This document shows, one piece after another, positions 61,132 to 64,000 of a DNA stretch of 64,000 bases (positions are counted from its first letter, which is position 1; the number at the start of each line of letters is the position of its first letter). Below the pieces are notes generated by a model that saw nothing but the letters and a program-made list of their open reading frames with translations, did no database searches and was not told where the DNA came from. Source of the DNA: Haliotis rufescens (lineage: Eukaryota); NCBI RefSeq assembly GCF_023055435.1, contig NW_025963835.1:22196001-22260000 (forward strand), given 5' to 3'. The translations under genes and the position numbers were made by a program.

Positions 61132-61495
61132 GACCGCCTCCGTAGCCTCGTGGTAGAGCGTCCGCCAGGAGAGTGGAAGGTTCGGGGTTCGATCCCCAGC
61201 CGCGTTATACCAAAAGACGTTAACAAATGGTACTTGTTGTTACGATGCCTGGCGCTCGGCATTAAGGGCTGACACAAGGACTGGTCGACCCTGAGTCAGA
61301 AAACTGAGTCTCAGGCGGGTATTCAAGTTGAACTGCGGCATGGTATCTCAGTGGGCTAGCACTATGAAATCGGCATAAGTCAGGACTAGTACAAGCAGCT
61401 GCACACACACACACACACACACACACGCGCGCGCGCGCACGCGTGCATGCATGTCGTTATTCAAGTGCAATAATCTTGCCTGCGACGTAAAGCCA
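61132..61495 (+). mobile_element. tRNA-derived SINE family 4 (MetaSINE-like central domain) with internal (CA)n
   Basis: TAGCCTCGTGG A box, GGTTCGATCCC B box, CGTTATACCAAAAGACGTTAA...GCCTGGCGCTCGGCATTAAGGG core (recalled resemblance to the Meta domain, not searched). Confidence 0.8.
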
Positions 61496-61841
61496 CCGAT
61501 TTTTTCCGTCCTCGGGACAAATGCTCTATTCACGACACCACGGAGACAGTCATGGATTTTTTAGGGAACAACTTTCTGTCCAGTTTGGAGTATACATGCA
61601 TCAACACATGTACGTGTGCCTCCTGAGTCATCTGTGTCTGTCAATGTGAACTGCAGTCGAAAGCAATCTCGGTTGTGATATGTCTTCTCATAACTGATTA
61701 TGTCCTCAATAGCACACGGCTGTCAATTACATGTCAAATGTCATATTCACTCAGTCTATGATGACAATTGTCACCGGGGTTATAACATACATCATATATG
61801 TGCATATGTCATGTTCCATTAAATCAGGGATACAAGAGTCT

Positions 61842-62022
61842 ACAGCTTTGTAATACTGTTAACACATAATGTCAGGCTCGTTCACGCCAGTTTGACAATC
61901 GTTCACAGCTTTGTAGTACACGTAAAATGTCAGATTCGTTCACGTCAGGTTGACAATAGTCAACAGCTTTGTAATACTGTTAACGCATAATGTCAGGTTC
62001 GTTCACGCCAGTTTGACAATTG
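61842..62022. repeat. About 60-bp tandem repeat (3 units) upstream of SULT-D exon 1
   Basis: CAGCTTTGTA.TAC...AATGTCAG..TCGTTCACG.CAG.TTGACAAT. Confidence 0.8.
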
Positions 62023-62175
62023 TCTCCAATACAGTGTAACTCTAAACCTTGTTACCCTTGTTACATTTGACCACTTTCTAAATGTATTCATAACTTTCGG
62101 CCAGGGGGGCCATGTCAGAGGGGTACTCAAAGTACGTGATCTAGACTACTGTTGTCGGACTATCATTTTTGTGGA

Positions 62176-62275
62176 AGCCTCGGTGGCTGAGTGGGTTAGA
62201 TCGCAGACTTTGTGTGCTGGCGATTAGGTGCCTTACTCTGGCAAGTGTGGGTTCGAATCCCAGACGGGACTCAAC
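62176..62275 (+). mobile_element. tRNA-like head (SINE or tRNA pseudogene)
   Basis: TGGCTGAGTGG A box and GGTTCGAATCCC B box, no clean acceptor stem. Confidence 0.6.
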
Positions 62276-62445
62276 CGCAAAAAAGTACTAGAATCTGTAC
62301 TTTACTAAGAAAGTGTTATCCCCAAAATAACGTTTGTTACCCCCTCAATATACTTCAGTTTCTTATTTAAGTCGTTTGTAACCACATTCAGGCGATCCAG
62401 ATTCTCTGGTTATTGGAGTGTAGTAACAGACGATCTGCAGTCACC

Positions 62446-63404
62446 ATGGAGTTGATACGTGTAGCCGATGATGCTGGAGATGAGTTGACACTGGTAAACT
62501 ACAATGGCCGCAAATACCCAAATCTTCCCGGATGTATGGAGACAAAAGTCCTGGAGAGATTACCATCTGCTGAGATCCGCTCTGATGACATTTTAGTGTG
62601 TAGTTTTCCTAAGTCAGGTATGTAGACTGTACTTATCAATGCAGTCATATAATTTTGACAACATCTTCATCAGGTCTCGAATGACAGATTGATTACAATT
62701 TCAAGATCTAGGCAGAATAGGTATTCAGCAACCCATGCTTGCCGTTAAAGGCGACTATGCTTGTCGTAAAAGGCGACTAACGGGATCCGGTGGTCAGGCT
62801 CGCTGACTTGGTTGATGCATGTCATCGATCCCAATTGCGTTATTCAATATATAGTGACAGGATACATGTATTACACAGTTCATTAGTGGTCGTTAAACAC
62901 AAATGCGATCTCATCATTGTATACTATGCCTTTGATTAGCTTTTAGGCCACACAAAATGTCATGACTATCTCTTCCTTGAACAACAATTAATGGAAGTAG
63001 AAAAATATATAGATGTAAAGACAAGGAAAAAATTGAAAGTATTTTCCCCAAGCCATGAAGCCCCTCAATGGTGTTCTATTCAGGTACTCACTGGGTCTGG
63101 GAGATGGTTCGCCTGCTGGTGGCGGGCCAACTCGACCGTGCTGAATTCGGCAATGGATTTAACTTAATGGAAAATTGCAACGTGGGGGACTACTACAAAG
63201 ACTTCCCTTCTCCCAGAATCCTGAACACTCACGTGGGGTTCAACGAACTTCCAGAGCAGGTTAAAGTGAAGAAACCTAAGATACTGTACGTGACTAGGAA
63301 CCCCAAGGACGTGACTGTTTCTTATTACAACCATGTGAAGAAACTTGCCTACAACTACACTGGAGAGTGGAAGAATTTCGTCCGACCCTCACTGGAGGGG
63401 AAGT
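62446..63404 (+). CDS. Cytosolic sulfotransferase, copy D (5' part; exons 62446-62617 and 63084-63404; continues beyond window)
   Basis: MELIRVADDAGDE...FPKSG|THWVWE...SPRILNTH...[11 protein letters not shown]...LEGK; donor gtgagt at 63405. Confidence 0.9.
62712..62840 (+). mobile_element. SINE-like family 3, 5' part
   Basis: Similarity to 16141-16260. Confidence 0.75.
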
Positions 63405-64000
63405 GTGAGTGATTTCCGTATCTTTCTTTGGTCACACAATTGTGCACACAGCTCTTGCATACATGTACACTACAACGCACAAGTTTGTTATCGAGTTCTG
63501 CAGTACAATTGCGAATAATTCGCGGATGAGTTGCAAATGATTCGCGAATTATCCGTGGAAAAGTTGCAAATAATTCGCGAATGATTTGAGAATAATTTGC
63601 AATGTCTGAGAAAACTATTGTGTTGCTTTATGGCACTAATTAGGAGTTTTATGGGGGTATCACGCCGACAACGCGTGGCGGGCCATGGCAATAGTCTCGA
63701 TACATACAATGTATGCTGTGATGCTACACTGTGAATGGATTGCAGGTAAATGAAATGTTTGATAAATATATTCCTGCTTTAATAATGCTGTCATTTAATA
63801 TCCTTAGTGACATGAATATTTGATTCATGATTAACTTGCATCGTGTTTCTTGTTTCTTGTACAATTCTACATGTATACAGTCATTTATCTACTAGCATAT
63901 ACTTATGTGGTTGTTTGATGAATACCACTTTGACACAGGTTGTATCACATTTGATGTATGTACATGTACACTCCGAGTTGGGATAAGCCTAGGAACTTCT

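Overview
Eukaryotic (invertebrate, probably molluscan/gastropod-like by its repeat content; this is inference) draft-assembly window with three N gaps. All recognisable genes are spliced and on the + strand: (1) a TRIM-type RING/B-box/B-box/coiled-coil gene with a divergent C-terminal domain (CDS 244-3580, 3 coding exons, about 616 aa); (2) a UPF0489/C5orf22-like gene with an N-terminal signal or anchor peptide (15108-19697, 4 exons, about 517 aa); (3) a tandem array of four cytosolic sulfotransferase (SULT) paralogues, three complete 5-exon 284-aa genes and a fourth cut off by the window end. Introns and intergenic DNA hold a decayed I-group LINE (RT, RNase H, zinc knuckle), at least four SINE-like families, Tc1/mariner-type and other MITEs, Penelope-type hammerhead-ribozyme motifs and many minisatellites. 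The most notable observations are: hammerhead-ribozyme cassettes, one in an inverted pair about 100 bp upstream of the UPF0489 start codon; paralogous 40-bp satellites that homogenised independently upstream of SULT-A and SULT-B; patchwork sequence exchange among SULT copies with a hypervariable substrate loop; and a SINE-like family whose head is a predicted pseudoknot rather than a tRNA. Exon boundaries were read by eye from GT-AG sites and frame continuity; no database searches were run.
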